From Ptychomitrium polyphyllum (lineage: Eukaryota): a stretch of DNA of 64,000 bases. Below, piece by piece: positions 1 through 14,575 of the stretch. The notes under the pieces were generated by a model. The model saw only the letters and a program-made list of their open reading frames with translations, was not told the DNA's origin and ran no database searches. A program made the position numbers and the translations under genes. Location of the stretch: NCBI GenBank assembly GCA_973851085.1, contig OZ316776.1, positions 5,208,001 through 5,272,000 on the forward strand, in the 5' to 3' direction. How positions within the stretch are numbered: the stretch's first letter is position 1; every line of letters begins with the position of its first letter.

Positions 1-1084
1 TTTTTCGCATGGCACAGTGAGTTTTGACTGTTGGGTTTCATGCATGTTGCAAGCCAGGTTAATCTTGTCTTCTGTCGATTCTTGTGGTTTTCTCAGAAGA
101 GTGGTGCTTTAGTTCAAACCCACGTTTTTAGTCTGAACCTAGTGGGGGCTCTAGTTTGATGTTTATGGCTGTGTATGTGACTTAGTAGCGGGTGCAGGCA
201 TCAAATTAGAAACGGGATTGTTGGTTATGTTGATTTCGGGTCTAAGTCTATGGCGATCACGCCGCTGATTACTCATTTCACTGTGAGTTCTTGAAGTATA
301 TGATGATTAGTCTTTCTTGTGTGCATGACTCGACTTTGAACTTGTATAAGAGGCTGACCTCCATGTACGTTGAGTTCTCCCCTGTTTCATATCTGTAGAG
401 CCCGCAACATTGTAATGCGTATATCACACGAACAGGTTGAAACCCCTCACTTACCGACTGTGACATTTTATCAGAGAGTATATTTGCATATCATTTGAGA
501 TCCAGTGTTCTTTGTTCAAGTCATCGTTTCCTTAATTGTTCGGTAACCCTCTCGGTGTAGTTACTGCTTTTTCTACTGGTAGCATGTCAGACTTTGTTGA
601 GTTAGTTTACCGCTTCATCGGAAGCTGTAGCGGGGCATTGACCTTTGCATTTATGTTACAACCTGGTACAGTACGTGCATGCAGCCTTTAGCCAAGTTGG
701 TTATTTTGGTACAAGGACATAACCGAGCGACGACCCCGTTAGAAAGTTGCTAGTGGTACTTCTGACCCGCTTAGTTCTAGCTGTTTCTGGATCCTGTGTC
801 AGAGAAGCTGCGTTCAAATATCGGTATGTTTGGTTTTAGATCTAATATTTAGTTCGGTGAAGCAGTCACATGTTGGTCGACACATTCGTTTACACAATTT
901 TCTGCCTTATTTCGGCTTAGTGTGGTTACCTAGACTATTGGTATACGTTGCTTGGTTTTGGGAGCTTGTTATGGAAATGCTTGCCTTTGTTGGATGTCGG
1001 TGGGCATTTTAATGGTAGCTTAGTTTATATACTATCATGATATCACGATTAGCTGTGTTGATGAATGTTGTTTTCTGTCTGCAG

Positions 1085-2957
1085 GGAGTCATGCCAAACG
1101 GGGGCGTCCAAGGATCTGGGTATGCTACCCCGGGAGCTGTTCCCACAGGACAGCCACTCCCGGGGATGGGGGCTAGACCCCGTGTGCGGGCACGTCGTGG
1201 CCAAGCAACTGACCCTCACAGCATTGCTGAACGGGTATGAATAGTTTTTGGTCAATCATCTTTGGCAATTTGTCAATACTCGTCAATATTCGAGCGTTGA
1301 AGAGCGATGCTTTAATAGTCTGATAATTTCATGAATTCGTCCACATGCTCACCTCACCATTATGTTTTAGTCGAGCCAACCTTGAGAAACGCTTGTTTCA
1401 TCTGATTTCGGCAGAGTTTTTTTGTGTAGCGTTTTATTCACCCGATCTTCCACGTAAAGCTTCAGGTTCACTGAACACAAACTGTAGACTACGTAATTTA
1501 AAGCTGGGATTTTCGCAGCTTTGGTAGGGACTTGTTTGGGTCAGAGCAGAGAAATATTAGGAGCAGGATGTTTTTTCTTGTGGCCTGCATTTTGTTACTT
1601 CATAATCTATGTCTTATGATATTGGCTACCATTGCTGCATCTTGATTTTGTGCTTTGTTGGATGTGGCGTATAGCTTCGCAGAGAGCGGATTGCTGAGCG
1701 CATGAAAGCTTTGCAAGAACTTGTTCCGAATTCGAACAAGACTGATAAGGCGTCAATGCTGGACGAAATCATCGACTATGTGAAGTTTCTGCAACTCCAA
1801 GTAAAGGTAAGTTCAGAAACACCTGGTCAATGTCTGCACGCCTCTGTTTGGTGGTTTGATACGATACTATCGTTTATGATTTGATGGCATACAAGCTTGT
1901 GCCGTTGATAAAAAACTATGTCTTCATATTAGTCGCCCTTTACTTGCTGTGAAGTATGCTCGAGAAGATAATTTACTTCAGCCTGGAACTTCATCCTGAT
2001 CTTGTTGGATGTTGGTTTTGGCAGATCTTAAGCATGAGTCGGTTGGGAGGTGCTGGTGCACTTCCATCAATTGTTAATGATATGCCTGCTGAGGTGTTTA
2101 TTCTGTCATTTTCACTTTACATTATGTTGGAGTCTCGTCGTCGGTACTTTCGGTTTTCATCAATATCTTTGTGATCCTGCGTTGGGTTTGTCTTTGTCTA
2201 TGTTTTCCCTGTCCTAAATAATGTACCCTTTGATTTGATTTAACCTGCAAATCAAGTCACTCTATGCGCTTGGTGACTTTAACCGTTTCTTCAGACGACG
2301 CATGTTCACAAGATTGTAACCAACTAACTTAGTTCTCAAGCACAAGAACCTGGCCAGCAGTTCATCTAACAAGTTCGAGAGCCTCCAACCAAATTACGCA
2401 GGGCTCGGCTAGAGCTCACTAGCATGGCAGCTCTCTGCCTGGCAGTTTCCAGCTTCATTTTCTGCAAGCGTGCCGGTTGTTGGAACACCTGCTTCTGGTG
2501 TGCCAAGTATTGCTGCGAAGTTTTGTTGAGGTGCTGAATGATGGTATACTGGCTCTATGATGAAGTGCTTAGATGAGCTCTATGTCTGGAATTGCAGGGT
2601 GGAAACAATTTCTCTGCATCGGCTGGATCTTCTGGTGGTCCGAATCCCGCTCAAGACGGTTTGGCTTTGACCGAACGGCAAGTGACGCGAATGATGGAAG
2701 ATGATATGGGCAGTGCAATGCAGTATCTTCAGAGCAAGGGACTCTGCCTTATGCCCATCTCCCTTGCAACTGCAATATCAACAACAAGCAAGGGTCCTTC
2801 GCAATGCAATGCCACTGCAGGGGAGCGACAGGGATCTGTAGCTGCAGCAAACAATGGCAAGTCTGTAGCTGGTCCCAGCACAGCTGCAGGATCCAAGGAT
2901 GACGGTCCAGAGGGCGGAAGGGCTACTGAGCTTGCCAGTGCTGCTCAGGAGACCTGA
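1085..2957 (+). CDS. LRL: LRL-type (Lotus ROOTHAIRLESS1-like) bHLH transcription factor, 5'-partial
   Basis: Exons read by eye with GT-AG boundaries: 1085-1234, 1675-1806, 2025-2093, 2598-2957 (stop TGA). Spliced product contains [76 protein letters not shown] and the C-terminal LRL motif [37 protein letters not shown]. Bases 1-1084 look intronic, so the N-terminal exon(s) lie outside the window. Confidence 0.95.
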
Positions 2958-5008
2958 ATGGTCCATGCCAGAATCTGCAGTTGGTGTGGCAGGATATAGA
3001 TATGTCTCTATATTCTCTGTGCAGAGTTCAGTAGTTTCCGACTTGATTAGTATTTTTCCTGAGCGATCTGAAGCTACTGAGTTTGGAGATGTCCCGGCTG
3101 TAGCACATGACAGTCACCAGTTACCCTGTGTGGAAATGCACCCATTGCCTGCTCCCCTAAGCAATACTCTGCCTGTAGCGGGAGCGTGCCAGAGCAACAG
3201 GCAAGTAACTTAACTCCCTGAGTACCAAGAAGGTGTCAGTTCTCGAGTTGAATAGCTTATGTCTTACACTTCAAAAAATTTGTGCACAGCTGTGCTGATC
3301 TAGCATCACCAGTTGGAGCAATAATTTTGGTTTTATTTCCAGTGGTTGTCCGTGTCTAATATTATCTGATTTGTTGCACGTTTCATGTTCTGTTCTACTC
3401 CAACACTAGCTCTTCGTATTTAAGCGCGAACATGTCCATTATATTGCAAGGGGAACAAGCGAGTGGAGTTGCCATATTTACTATTGTAACGTTGTTTCTA
3501 AAACCTTCAAGCTTGGATGTGCAGGCAAGGGTAGCTCCGGTGCATTAACAAGTGCCGTCTCTGCAATGTGCTTACTGTATTCGCTTAGGCATGATCATTG
3601 TATTCTAGAGTAGAGGCTAGCAATTTAAAGACCTCCTGCTTCATTGATGTGGACCTATTAAATGCAAACCAGGTCTTAAGTACATACAAATTTTGAAGTT
3701 TGTAAAGCACTCCAAATTCAGTAGAAACGCTCATTGCGAGCGGAGTAATTTTTTTGCTTCTTTCAACGCTTCGATCGCTCTGTAATTGTACTTTCAATGT
3801 ATCTTTGCTGATTTACCTTAGTTGATGAGAGTTGGAGAAATTCACTATGTCTAAGCAATGTTTGATTAGTCAGAGTCTGTTCTCCTGTATTGAAAGGTGT
3901 GAAGTTAGGCTGACAGTCTTTGCAATGTTTGTCGTGTCCAATCTCCCGAAAAGAGCCCTTTTGGACTTATGGTTATTGCTAAACGATGGTGCTGTGACCT
4001 GTCTGTATGTTCATGTTTGCATACGTTCATGTTTACATAATTTACGGTTGATCACCGTGATACTTCCCTTTCTTCAGCTTGGAAGTTTGCGTTATGTACC
4101 TAGCAAAGTCAGAACAGTATAAGATTTTGAAAATCCCCAGTAAGTACGTATAGCGTCAGACAAGTAAGTCTTATCGTACTATTTGTTACAGTTCAAGTCA
4201 GCGAGTAAAGTTCTCTGATTACGTTATCCATAATATTGCAGCCAGTTAGCAACTTATCCAGAGTGGATCTACATTCTCTTGGATTTCTACCTCCGGTTCT
4301 TTCCCTCCCTAACATGTCTCTAATCCCAAAATTGTGTCTTATTTTGAAATCCATGCTTTGCAAAGTGAACTTTTAAGTTGCACAGCAAACATGTTGGGTA
4401 GTTCTAACGAAGTTCAAGCTCACTCCACGTTTCAATCAGAAAGATTTTCCGCGTTATTTTTAAGCCTGAAACTCGCCACAAAAAACATCATCACCTTCAA
4501 TAACTCATGACCAATATGGATGAAAAAGGACCGACACTTCTTTTTTTAGTAACCTACTCACACCAACTTTCCCATACCCGAAATGGCCAGGAAAGGAGAA
4601 GTTTCATAAAACTTTAGTATTGAAATATCTTCTGAGACCGGTCGAATTTGAAAAAGATAAACGGAAGAAAAGATCGGAGGCCGAAAGGGACAGAGAGAAC
4701 AGAAAAGGTGTCCTGCGAAGGATGGAGCGCAAATGACGAGCGAGCTCTGAAGAGCATGGGAGTGGGAGTGGGAGTGCGAGAGGGAGAGAAAAGTTGGCGC
4801 CACTATTGGATGTGTGATTGGGAAAGGCTTATCCTGAAACTACAGGGATAGCACGCAGCCAGCAGCACATCTTTGCCTCCAATTCCCGAGACGAAGGGCC
4901 CATCCCTGCATCTTGCTCTTCATATTTTCACAAGACACTATCAGGTTTTTTTCCCTTCGTCTTTAGGCTGCCTGGATTGGCTAGTACGGGTGCTTGGGTG
5001 CCTGTTTG

Positions 5009-5044
5009 TATGTGTGTGAGAGAGAGAGTGAGAGAGAGAGAGAG
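5009..5044. repeat. (TG)n(AG)n microsatellite in the IF-2 5' region
   Basis: tgtgtgtgagagagagagtgagagagagagagag about 100 bp upstream of the IF-2 ATG. Confidence 0.85.
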
Positions 5045-5134
5045 GTAGTGGAGAATTGTGGGGAGGAGGTAACTGGGTTGGTAGTGAATGTTGTTGTGTG
5101 TATAACGTAGTGTTGTGAAGTAGGCAGCAGGGAG

Positions 5135-8100
5135 ATGACGGCAGCCCCAGCTATGGCGTCGCTGGGTGCCAGCCAAGTGATGGGGGGGAGGCAGCCAAGA
5201 GCTGGGGAGTCGGAGCCACTGCGAGTCGGGTGGAGGGGACGTGAGGGCACAGCGTATGTGTCCTCGAATGGTTCCGGCGTGGGTTTTGCTTTTGGGAAGG
5301 TGGTGTCCAGGAGTTTGCAGGGGAGGCGCAATTTGGTTGCTGCGAGGGGATTGAGGGGTTGCTCGTCTACATTGGCTGGTGCCAGAGTGAGGCGATTGCT
5401 GTTAGCGTCGAGACACCTCACCTATGCTGTTTCTGTGTCCACGGAGTCCACGGAGTCATCTGTTGGAGTCAAGGCTTTGGATGGTGGGGATGGTGGTTCT
5501 CTGCCTGTGTCTAGCAAGCCAGTGATGACATTGCAGGCTCCGGAGGTGAACGCACCGGAGAATGATTCAGTGGGTTTGAAGCCTCCACCATTAAAGCCCG
5601 TTCCCAAACCTGTAGTGCGCCCAAATGGAAGTGGTCCTGACAGACCACAGCAAGCCGGGTCAAATGAATTTGTCGAGTCTAAGCCACGGGAATTCCAGGG
5701 TTCTGGGGGTGAAAATGGTTCAATGTCGTTGAAGGCGCCACTCCGGCCCGTGTTGCGGCTAAACAGGGGTAGCCCGACTAGACCGCAGCAAGATGAATCA
5801 TCTGCAATTCCATCTTTGGATCAGATTTTAGAGAACGTTGAGAAGCTAGGTCCCAATGAGGCTGGGTCGGGGTCAAGGGGAGCTGGCAGAGTGCCTGTGA
5901 GGGCGGTGCCATCGACCACACAACCGGGCGCATGGAAAGCTGGGGATAAAATAAGGACGAAGGCTGAGAGAGAGAAGGATGCGGCAGTGGCAGCAGAAGC
6001 AGCAGCTGCTGCAGCCGCAGCTGCAGCGGCTGAGAGACGGATAGAGCTCGGAGACAATGATGACGCGCAGGCAAGCACATCAGACTTTGGAATTCCACGA
6101 ACTCAACGACCTCGTATGCAATTGAATACTCTAGCCAAACCCATGGTCAGGCCTGTTCCAGTTGCTGAGAGGAAAGGCCCTGTGTTGAAGGATGTGGGAT
6201 CATCGGGACCAAGATTGAGGGACGTTAGAGCTGGACCAATTTTGAAGGACGTAGGAGCTGGGCCTCGGTTACAAACTTCTAGGTCTTCTACTCCTCCTCC
6301 CGCTCCTCCAGCTCCTGCCGGGCCACCAAAACCTTTTGCGAAGGCAGCAGTTAAGGTTGGTATTGTTTTTGCATTTGTGATATTTACTCCTTTATATTGT
6401 TGCTCAGAGAGCAGCGTTTGGTATCAATTACATTCATGTATTCTGCATCGCAGGCTTATGATGTGTGTTCCGAATGGCAGGGTATCCTCGGGTTTGCTAG
6501 ATGTGCAGATAAAGAACTCGTAGAATAGACTACTCAGAACCTGACTCTAAAATGTTTAAGCCACCAGTCAAACGTTTTAAACATTGTCTAAACGATCACG
6601 TGAAAGGTTATGACGAGATTTATATTCAGGATTTTGGACAAGTATCGTTAGGCTTGACAATTCAGCCTTCGAGGTGCATATCATGTCTGCAGCCGTCTGA
6701 AAAGTTGAAACTTGTATAGTTTATAGGCCTTTTCTTAAATCTCTTGAGCAGTACAGGATGAGTTAGCACCAAGCAGACTAGAGGACCGCATCCCAGATAT
6801 CGGTAGACTCAGCTTGAACTGCATCTCTCTTATTCTTAACCTTGATCAGAGGGACATATTGAGGCAAACTGCTCAACTGTACCCTGTATATCATCTTCTC
6901 AGTGTGCTTGTTGTTCCCATACAAATCTTCAACAAGCAGGCGAGAGCTTCTGAAGCTTGGGAGTTATGATCATTGCAGGGAACGTGATCTAGAAATCACA
7001 TCGTTTGTTATGGCAGCTTTTGCTTTGTTGCCGAACTAAAACAGGATCTATTCTGTATGGTGTTTATAGATTTGCTTGCAAGGCTCAAGGTCGCGTGTTC
7101 TCATTTATTACAGACGGGAAGGATTGTCTGTTGCCTATGACATTGATTCTATTTGGCAGCGGTGAGTTCTGTCATGAGGGTCTGTCTAAACTTTTGTTCG
7201 AGCCTAAGAGGAGTACCATGCTTTTTATCACTGATGAATTTACCTTGGTTTGTTTAAACTGAAGGGCAAAGAGGATTGGCGCAAGAAGGCGGCTAATAAT
7301 GTTTCAGATGGTGCAAAACGAAGAGTGTCTGCTAGGAATAAAGATTCTATGGACGGTGTTGCTGATTTATTGGGAGGTAAAACAGCTCGCCGGGGTGGCA
7401 GGAAGATGAGCAAGGCCAGTAGGAAAGCTATTCGATTGGAAGCTGCGCGGCTTGCAGCACCTGTGAAGGTTGAAATCTTGGAGGTTGGCCCAGAGGGAAT
7501 GTCGTGTCAAGAGCTAGCTGAAGCACTTGCTGTGAATGATAGTGAAATTGTGAAGGTTCTATTTATGAAGGGAATTGGTATTACAGTGAACCAAACGCTT
7601 GATGAAGAGACAGTAACGCTTGTCTGCAAGGAGTTTGAAGTAGAAGTTGTGGAGGCTGGAACAATTAGGGTGGAAGATTTGGCGAAAAAATCAAATGTTT
7701 TCCTAGATGATGAAGATCTCGATCACCTTGTGGCTCGACCCCCGGTCGTCACAATCATGGGTCATGTTGATCATGGAAAGGTACATTTGTATATTGTTTG
7801 GTGATCACTTGTATCTGCCCTTGGATGCTTTTGGTAGCTTTCATTATGACGTGATGATAGAAAACTGATACTCCATTTGCTAGAACATGGAGAGTCGGAG
7901 AAAGGTCTAAGTTAGTTTAGATGTGATAACCCGAGGCTCATGTGTCAGAGTCAGAATTCGTTTAATTATGATTCTCTTGTTGAAATTTTGGTGTTAACGT
8001 TGACGAGTCGCTCTTTCATGGTGTAACTCCTACAATAATGGATTCAATATTCTACATGTTGTACCTGTGCAGACTTCATTGCTGGATTTCATTAGAAAGA

Positions 8101-11100
8101 CTAAGGTACTTTCATATTTTGATTAGTTAGTTTTCTTTCATACTCCCTCATTATAGAATTCTACAACAAGCTTCTAATTTTCTGCATGTTAACACCCAAG
8201 ACCACGATTCAGTCATTGAGGATATAGTTTGATTGTATGTAATGTTTGGAGGTGATATTCTTTGGCAGGTTGCTGCTGGGGAAGCAGGGGGTATTACACA
8301 AGGTATTGGAGCCTACTCTATCAACGTGATGGTTGAAGATGAATTGCAGGCCTGTGTTTTCCTTGACACCCCAGGGCATGAGGTAGGATCTTGAAATTAT
8401 TTTGTCAAAGACCATGTTGTTTGAAACTTGAACGCGGATAATTTTGATATAGGACTGTAGTTCTTTTTATCCTTCAAGGCCCAAATTGTAAGTTATTAGA
8501 ATCCCAACTTTTGATTCAAGTCTCTTATGTAATTTGAGATTATTGAAGTTAGATAAGTTGTGATTTTGCTCTCTTAGTCTACCACTCATTTTTTGAGTTT
8601 CAGTCCAAAATGATGGATAAAATTGCTTAAGGGAGCAAGAAGTACACATTTGTATGAACGAAATCATGCAATAGTGCATGATTGAGCCCTTTGGGTTGAG
8701 GAGATGTTCTCAGAACGAGCTGAACTGAAAATACCGTGTTGGTTATAAGGGTTACGCTTTTGTCAGTGTTAGAGAAGAAGTTGGTTTTGAGTTAAAGGGT
8801 TTAATTGCATATAATATGTAAAGGATCCTGAATCCAGCAGTATTCTGAATAACTTTAATCAAACAAACTTTCTCGTCGTTGCAGGCATTTAGCGCCATGA
8901 GAGCTCGTGGGGCACGAATTACAGACATTGCTGTCATAGTTGTGGCTGCTGACGATGGTGTGAGGCCGCAAACACTGGAAGCTATAGCTCACGCCAAAGC
9001 TGCAGATGTGCCCATTGTGATAGCTATTAACAAGGTTCGTTTCTTACATTTAAATCTGGATGCACCTTATATTAGGGTTCTTGCTGCGGCCCTTCTCAAA
9101 GTTCTATTTTGGTTCTGTCTAATTGACTGTGGCATGAAATTCTATTGGTAGCTTCAAGTTGTTTATGTGGTACTCTGTTGTTTTTGTCGAGTGGGCCTTA
9201 TGTATTGCAACTGTTGTACACAAACAGATTGACAAAGATGGCGCAAATCCGCAAGTTGTGATGCAAGAGCTTTCTACTCATGGCCTAATGCCTGAAGAGT
9301 GGGGTGGTGACACACCTATGGTGCAGGTGAATCATTTATACGGTGGTCTTATACCCCTGATTGCGATGTTTACCTATGTTATTAATCTTCATGATAGTTA
9401 CATTGCAGTTTGGCAATGTGACGACCCATTAAAGTCTTTCCTACTTACTCTGCCGGAACTGGCCAGGTTAATCATCATGAGGTGCATGGCTTGTTTATTA
9501 TTTTTCAAGATCATGTTTCCAATAGCTTGCGTCGGATTTATAGAGACACACCTGGAGTTCTAGTTCATAATCTCTAGTCCGGCAGAGTATGCTGTAGCTC
9601 ACAGGTCTGTACTGAGATTTATTAGGTATCTTCTCTTCGGAGTCTGCGTTCTTGAAGTTATATCCTACTGAAATATTTGTCTTTGACAACCAGGTCAGTG
9701 CCAAAAAGGGAACAAACATTGATACGCTTCTTGAAAATATCGTGCTGTTAGCTGAGGTAATTTTCTACTGAGTGTTGTCAGCACAATTTTTGTATTTAGG
9801 TATTTTTATCTGAACGGAGGTATGCGTATGTACACGAAAATTTAGAATGGAGAATTTTGCTATGGTATAAATTGTATGGAGATCATTTGTAGTGTATCAA
9901 AGAACCGCTTTAGTGGTGTCATTTGCTGACCTTCCACTTTGATCGTCTGCAGTTTCAGGAGTTGAAAGCCAATCCTGAGAGAGAAGCCAAGGGGACTGTC
10001 ATTGAAGCTAGTTTGGATAAAGCTAGAGGACCACTTGCTACCTTGCTAGTTCAGAATGGAACCCTCCGGGTGGGGGACATCGTGCTTTGTGGGGAGTCTT
10101 ATGGAAAGGTATGCTGTACTAAATGACCCACATTGTTGGTGTTTGCTCTTCACGACCGGATTCTATTAGTCTTTCAGCTTTTTAGATTCAAATGTATATA
10201 ATCACAAATAGTATTGTAGTTATTGACAAAGTATCGTCATGATTCTTTGACTTTACAGGTTCGTGCTTTGATGGATTACACTGGAAGTCGGGTGGGAGAA
10301 GCTGGGCCTTCAACGGCCGTGCAGGTGATTTGCAATGTTCTAAAAATGCCTATGTGCTAGAAAGAGATGTGATTAATTTTTGGAGTTTGCTCATATTATC
10401 AGTTGATGTTTGCTGCTAGGTTGTTCACGATCGCTGATTGTGTTTTCTTTTACAGATATTGGGTTTGAGTGAAGTCCCTGTGGCTGGTGAGGAGTTTGAA
10501 ACTGTAGACTTTCTTGAAAAAGCAAGAAGCAGAGCATCGGATCACGCAGAAGTAATGCGAAGCTCGAGGCTGGCAGCCCAGGCTGGTGAAGGAAAAGTTA
10601 CACTTCATTCATTTGCTAATGCTATTGCAGCCAGTGCTGAGACAGGAGTTGAACGGCACCAACTTAATGTAGTTTTGAAAGTTGATGCTCAGGTATGTTT
10701 TAGTTACATCAACTGTACCTTGCTTCGAAGAAATATGCTGCCCTTCAGTAACTAGTGATCATATCTGAAACGATGTTTTAGCAGTTGCACCTAAGATATT
10801 CATGTCTAAGCATGAACATATGTATATTTGAAAGGTTGTTTTCAGGAGGTTGCATCTGAAATTATCTTACTTCTGAGATTAACTGGTTCCAAGCCACTTT
10901 GGCGTGCAGGGTTCGGTAGAAGCAATTAGAGAAGTTCTTCAAGCATTACCCCAGGATACAGTTGCCCTCCGCTTTCTGATGCAGTCAACGGGAGAGATCA
11001 GTGCCAGCGATGTGGACTTGGCATTAAGTAGTGGTGCAATTGTGGTAGGGTTCAATGTTGGTGTACAGGCCAGTGTACAGGCACAGGCAGATGCTGAAGG

Positions 11101-11958
11101 AGTTGAGATCCGCTTGTATCGTGTTATATATGATCTTGTAGATGACATTCGAAAAGCCATGGAGGGGCTGTTAGAAGATGTGGAGGTAAAAGCTTCAGAT
11201 TCTTCAGCGTCACACTAACACGATCAGTTGATAAGAGTATCATTGGAATAGAGCTCTTTGTATCGCTTTATAGTTATCTTTCTGCTTTTGAATTTTTTGT
11301 TGTGTTTTGAAATTATGCTTACACATGTGGTACCTTCATTTGCAGGAAGAAGTGCCAATTGGGGAAGCTGAAGTTAGAGCTGTGTTTGGGGCTGGAAGTG
11401 GAAAGGTAGCTGGTTGTATGGTGACTGAAGGCAAATTGGTGAAGGGTTCAGGACTTCGTGTTGTGCGCGGAAAGGGACCTGTGCATGTTGGCACAATTAA
11501 CTCACTTAGACGAGTAAAAGAGCTTGCTAAGGAGGTGAGAATTCAATTTTGTTCTTTACTCTGAGATTTGGCAGTCTTAATACTGAACTGAGACATACCT
11601 ATTGCTTGATAATCAAGATGATCCCGTTTTCAGGACTGTGCAAACAGCGGGTAGATTATACTGGAAATATGATTCCTACGAGATATCAGTTACAATGGCT
11701 CTACAGACGGAACTTATTTGTGCATGATTGATTTTTGCTACACCAATATTGTTAGACGTCTTAGAATATTTTTTCATGGTGCAGGTGGCTGCCGGTTTAG
11801 AATGCGGAGTTGGTGCCGAAGGTTTTGATGAATGGCAAGAAGGTGACCAAATTATGGCATTTAAACTGGTGGCGAAAAAGAGGACCTTAGAAGATGCTTC
11901 AGTCACTGTCAATGCTGCCGTTAACTCTTTAACATTTAACAATGAATCAAGAACTTAA
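5135..11958 (+). CDS. cpIF2: Chloroplast translation initiation factor IF-2 (infB/FUG1 homolog), 13 exons, ~1097 aa
   Basis: Exons: 5135-6355, 7265-7780, 8073-8105, 8269-8382, 8885-9034, 9228-9326, 9694-9756, 9953-10108, 10259-10324, 10456-10692, 10910-11185, 11346-11534, 11785-11958, all GT-AG and in frame (3294 nt). IF-2 GTPase motifs [44 protein letters not shown]-terminal KVDAQGSVEA, YRVIYDL, GLECGV. Long Ser/Arg/Gly-rich N-terminus resembles a plastid transit peptide. The start could be ATG 5135 or 5153. Confidence 0.96.
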
Positions 11959-14575
11959 ATGTTTCTCTTCTTAAGGCTCTCAATCATTGATATGGGAGGA
12001 CAACCCAGATTCTTAAATGAGTGACTACCTTACCTTGTACTATCTCTTCTACTTCATTTCTCGATGTGGTTCATCCAATTTGTAAATGATGATATACACG
12101 CGATCTGACTTAGTGGTTTCCTAATCTCGCGACTAAACTTTTCCTGTGAGTAGGATGTAGGTCTATTAGCGTAGGTAAAAGATTTTAGTGGCTTATAGTC
12201 TCATCTCAACACTAGAACTACTTTATGTAGAATTCCCGCTTTTTTAAATGGGGTAGCGTTGAGTGTTGTTCTTAGACACCTCCAAGTTCCTTTCTCTTCA
12301 TTAGTTTTACTGAGGTAGGATATTTTATATGATCCTGATTACCCTGAGCGGGGTCTCATAGCTCATGCTTCTGGCATATTTTTAAGGAAATATCAATTCG
12401 TTTCTGGATTCAGTTATTAATCTCGTCTGCTCTCTTTTCAAAATGAAAACAGTACGGTATATAGTTGTTTTCAGTGTTGATAGTTAAATTCTAATTGGTT
12501 TCTTCTGTAACTCGTTACAAACTTCTCATCCATAACATAACATAACAAGAATGGAATGGACTGCCGCCTTCAAAAGTGGAGCTAAGCAAATATTTCCCAG
12601 GCCTCGACTGCTCTGGCTTTGTTAACTGTAGGTTAGCGCTTTGGTTTTTGAAATTCAACATGAACTCCACTTTTTCACTGCCATTGTTTTCAAATTGTGA
12701 GAGTGTTTAGTTATTAGTCTGTATAACACCAAAACCATGCATCCCTAGACTATTTTCTATTTGTAGTTTTAAATTTTTGAATTTTTGAATTAAAAAATAA
12801 ATGGTAATATGTTGTCAGCTGTCTTCATTTACATGAGATATTTGATAAGAATCCAATAAATATGTATGAAACACAATGATTTATATATTATTCAAATTAT
12901 ATACTATTTTACTTTATTTGTTTTGGATTCAATGTATTAAATGTGGCATAAACTTTGAAGTCAAGAAACACCATAATAATTAATCCAACCTCTACTGTTG
13001 TTGACCAATTTGTTACAGAATTTGGTATAAATCAAAGAAGCAAAATATTATTCTCTTATGTTGCCAAACTTAGATTTTGTTTAATTTGAAAAAGAAGTTT
13101 AGTAATTTATTGATTAATATTAAATGATTAAACTTCATTCTTAAATTTTGCAAGGAATTAGCCAAATTTTTCAAAATGAATATATTAAGGAAACTATCAA
13201 ATGCTTCAATTTAAAGTGAATCATATAGGATTTATCATATAATTAAGAGAAAGGAAAAATAAGTGAGAAGAAAGTAGCGAATGTCTAAAATTTTGCTTAA
13301 TGTCTAAAGTTTTCTCATGCTTAATTTTGCATGAGAAAATAAGGATATATTTTTAAAAATATATATATAATATAAACACTTAATTTTTTGGATTTTGTAC
13401 AATTTTTCAATTTTAAATTTATTAATTCATTTAAATATTTTGCATGATTTGAATTGTTTTTCCCATCAATATTGATGCATAAGTCTTCTTATTATAAATT
13501 TATATTTCACAATAAAAGTTGAATATGGCTATTAGATAAAGGTTATTGTTGAAGATATTTGGAATAAATAAAATTAATAATGTAATACATGAATTTCACA
13601 ATGCAAGAAAGAAATCTCACATATAAAAAATCAATGAAAAATTGTCACATAGTTATCAATTGTAATTTTGTATTAGCTTAAATAAGCTTTAATACTTGGA
13701 AAAAAGATACTTCTAAGCATTTTTTAGCATAAAATTAATTGTACTGAATTAATTATCCAAAGTTTATTGTAGGATTCACATTCTTAATTCATTAAATATT
13801 TATAATAAGAAGACTATTTGACTCACATTGTGCAGCTAAGGCTTTTGAATCATTTTTTTAATTTTATAACTAAAAGAATGTACAAGGGTACTAAAAGATA
13901 GCTAATTGAATAAGAAGATATTTGCATTTCTTTTCAAATTTGTTTTGAAGTATTTGGATCTTTATGATAAAATTTTTAAGGTTGTTGTTGTAAAGGATCC
14001 ACCTTCATTATAGATTACCTCCAATGTATGGAATTATGGAGGAGTTTTATTTAATATTATTCTATATTTAAAGTGACAATCTAATATTTATTACCTTTTT
14101 TTTCATCTAATAGATTTTTTCTTTCATAGATTGTTATAAATTCTATAATATAAAATGTTTACAATGAATTCTAATCCAATTTAAATGGAATATAATTCAT
14201 ATGAATGTAAACTTGAATATTAAATAGAATGATAATCATTTGGTTATTATAAAATTTAATTAAATATATATTTTTTAGTGAAATTCCATTTTAATTGAGT
14301 TAAAACTCCAAATTTTCAGAATTACCATAATTAGATTGAATAACAGTAATATCCAAAATTTGGAATTTTAGCTTCATTCATATATGATCATTTCTTTGTC
14401 TATAAGCAATTAATATTTCACACTAACATTTAAATTTTTAAAAGGTATTTTTTAATCTTGTTAAGCCTTTATAAAAGAAAAGTTTCATAAATAATGATTT
14501 TTTAAATCAAAATCAAATTTCTTTTTATGAACAATAAAAAACTTAGTAAATTATTGCTAAAGGTGACATGAAGGA

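Noticed and set aside
4928..6098. Several minus-strand ORFs over IF-2 exon 1
   Set aside because: Antisense shadows of a GC-rich coding exon.
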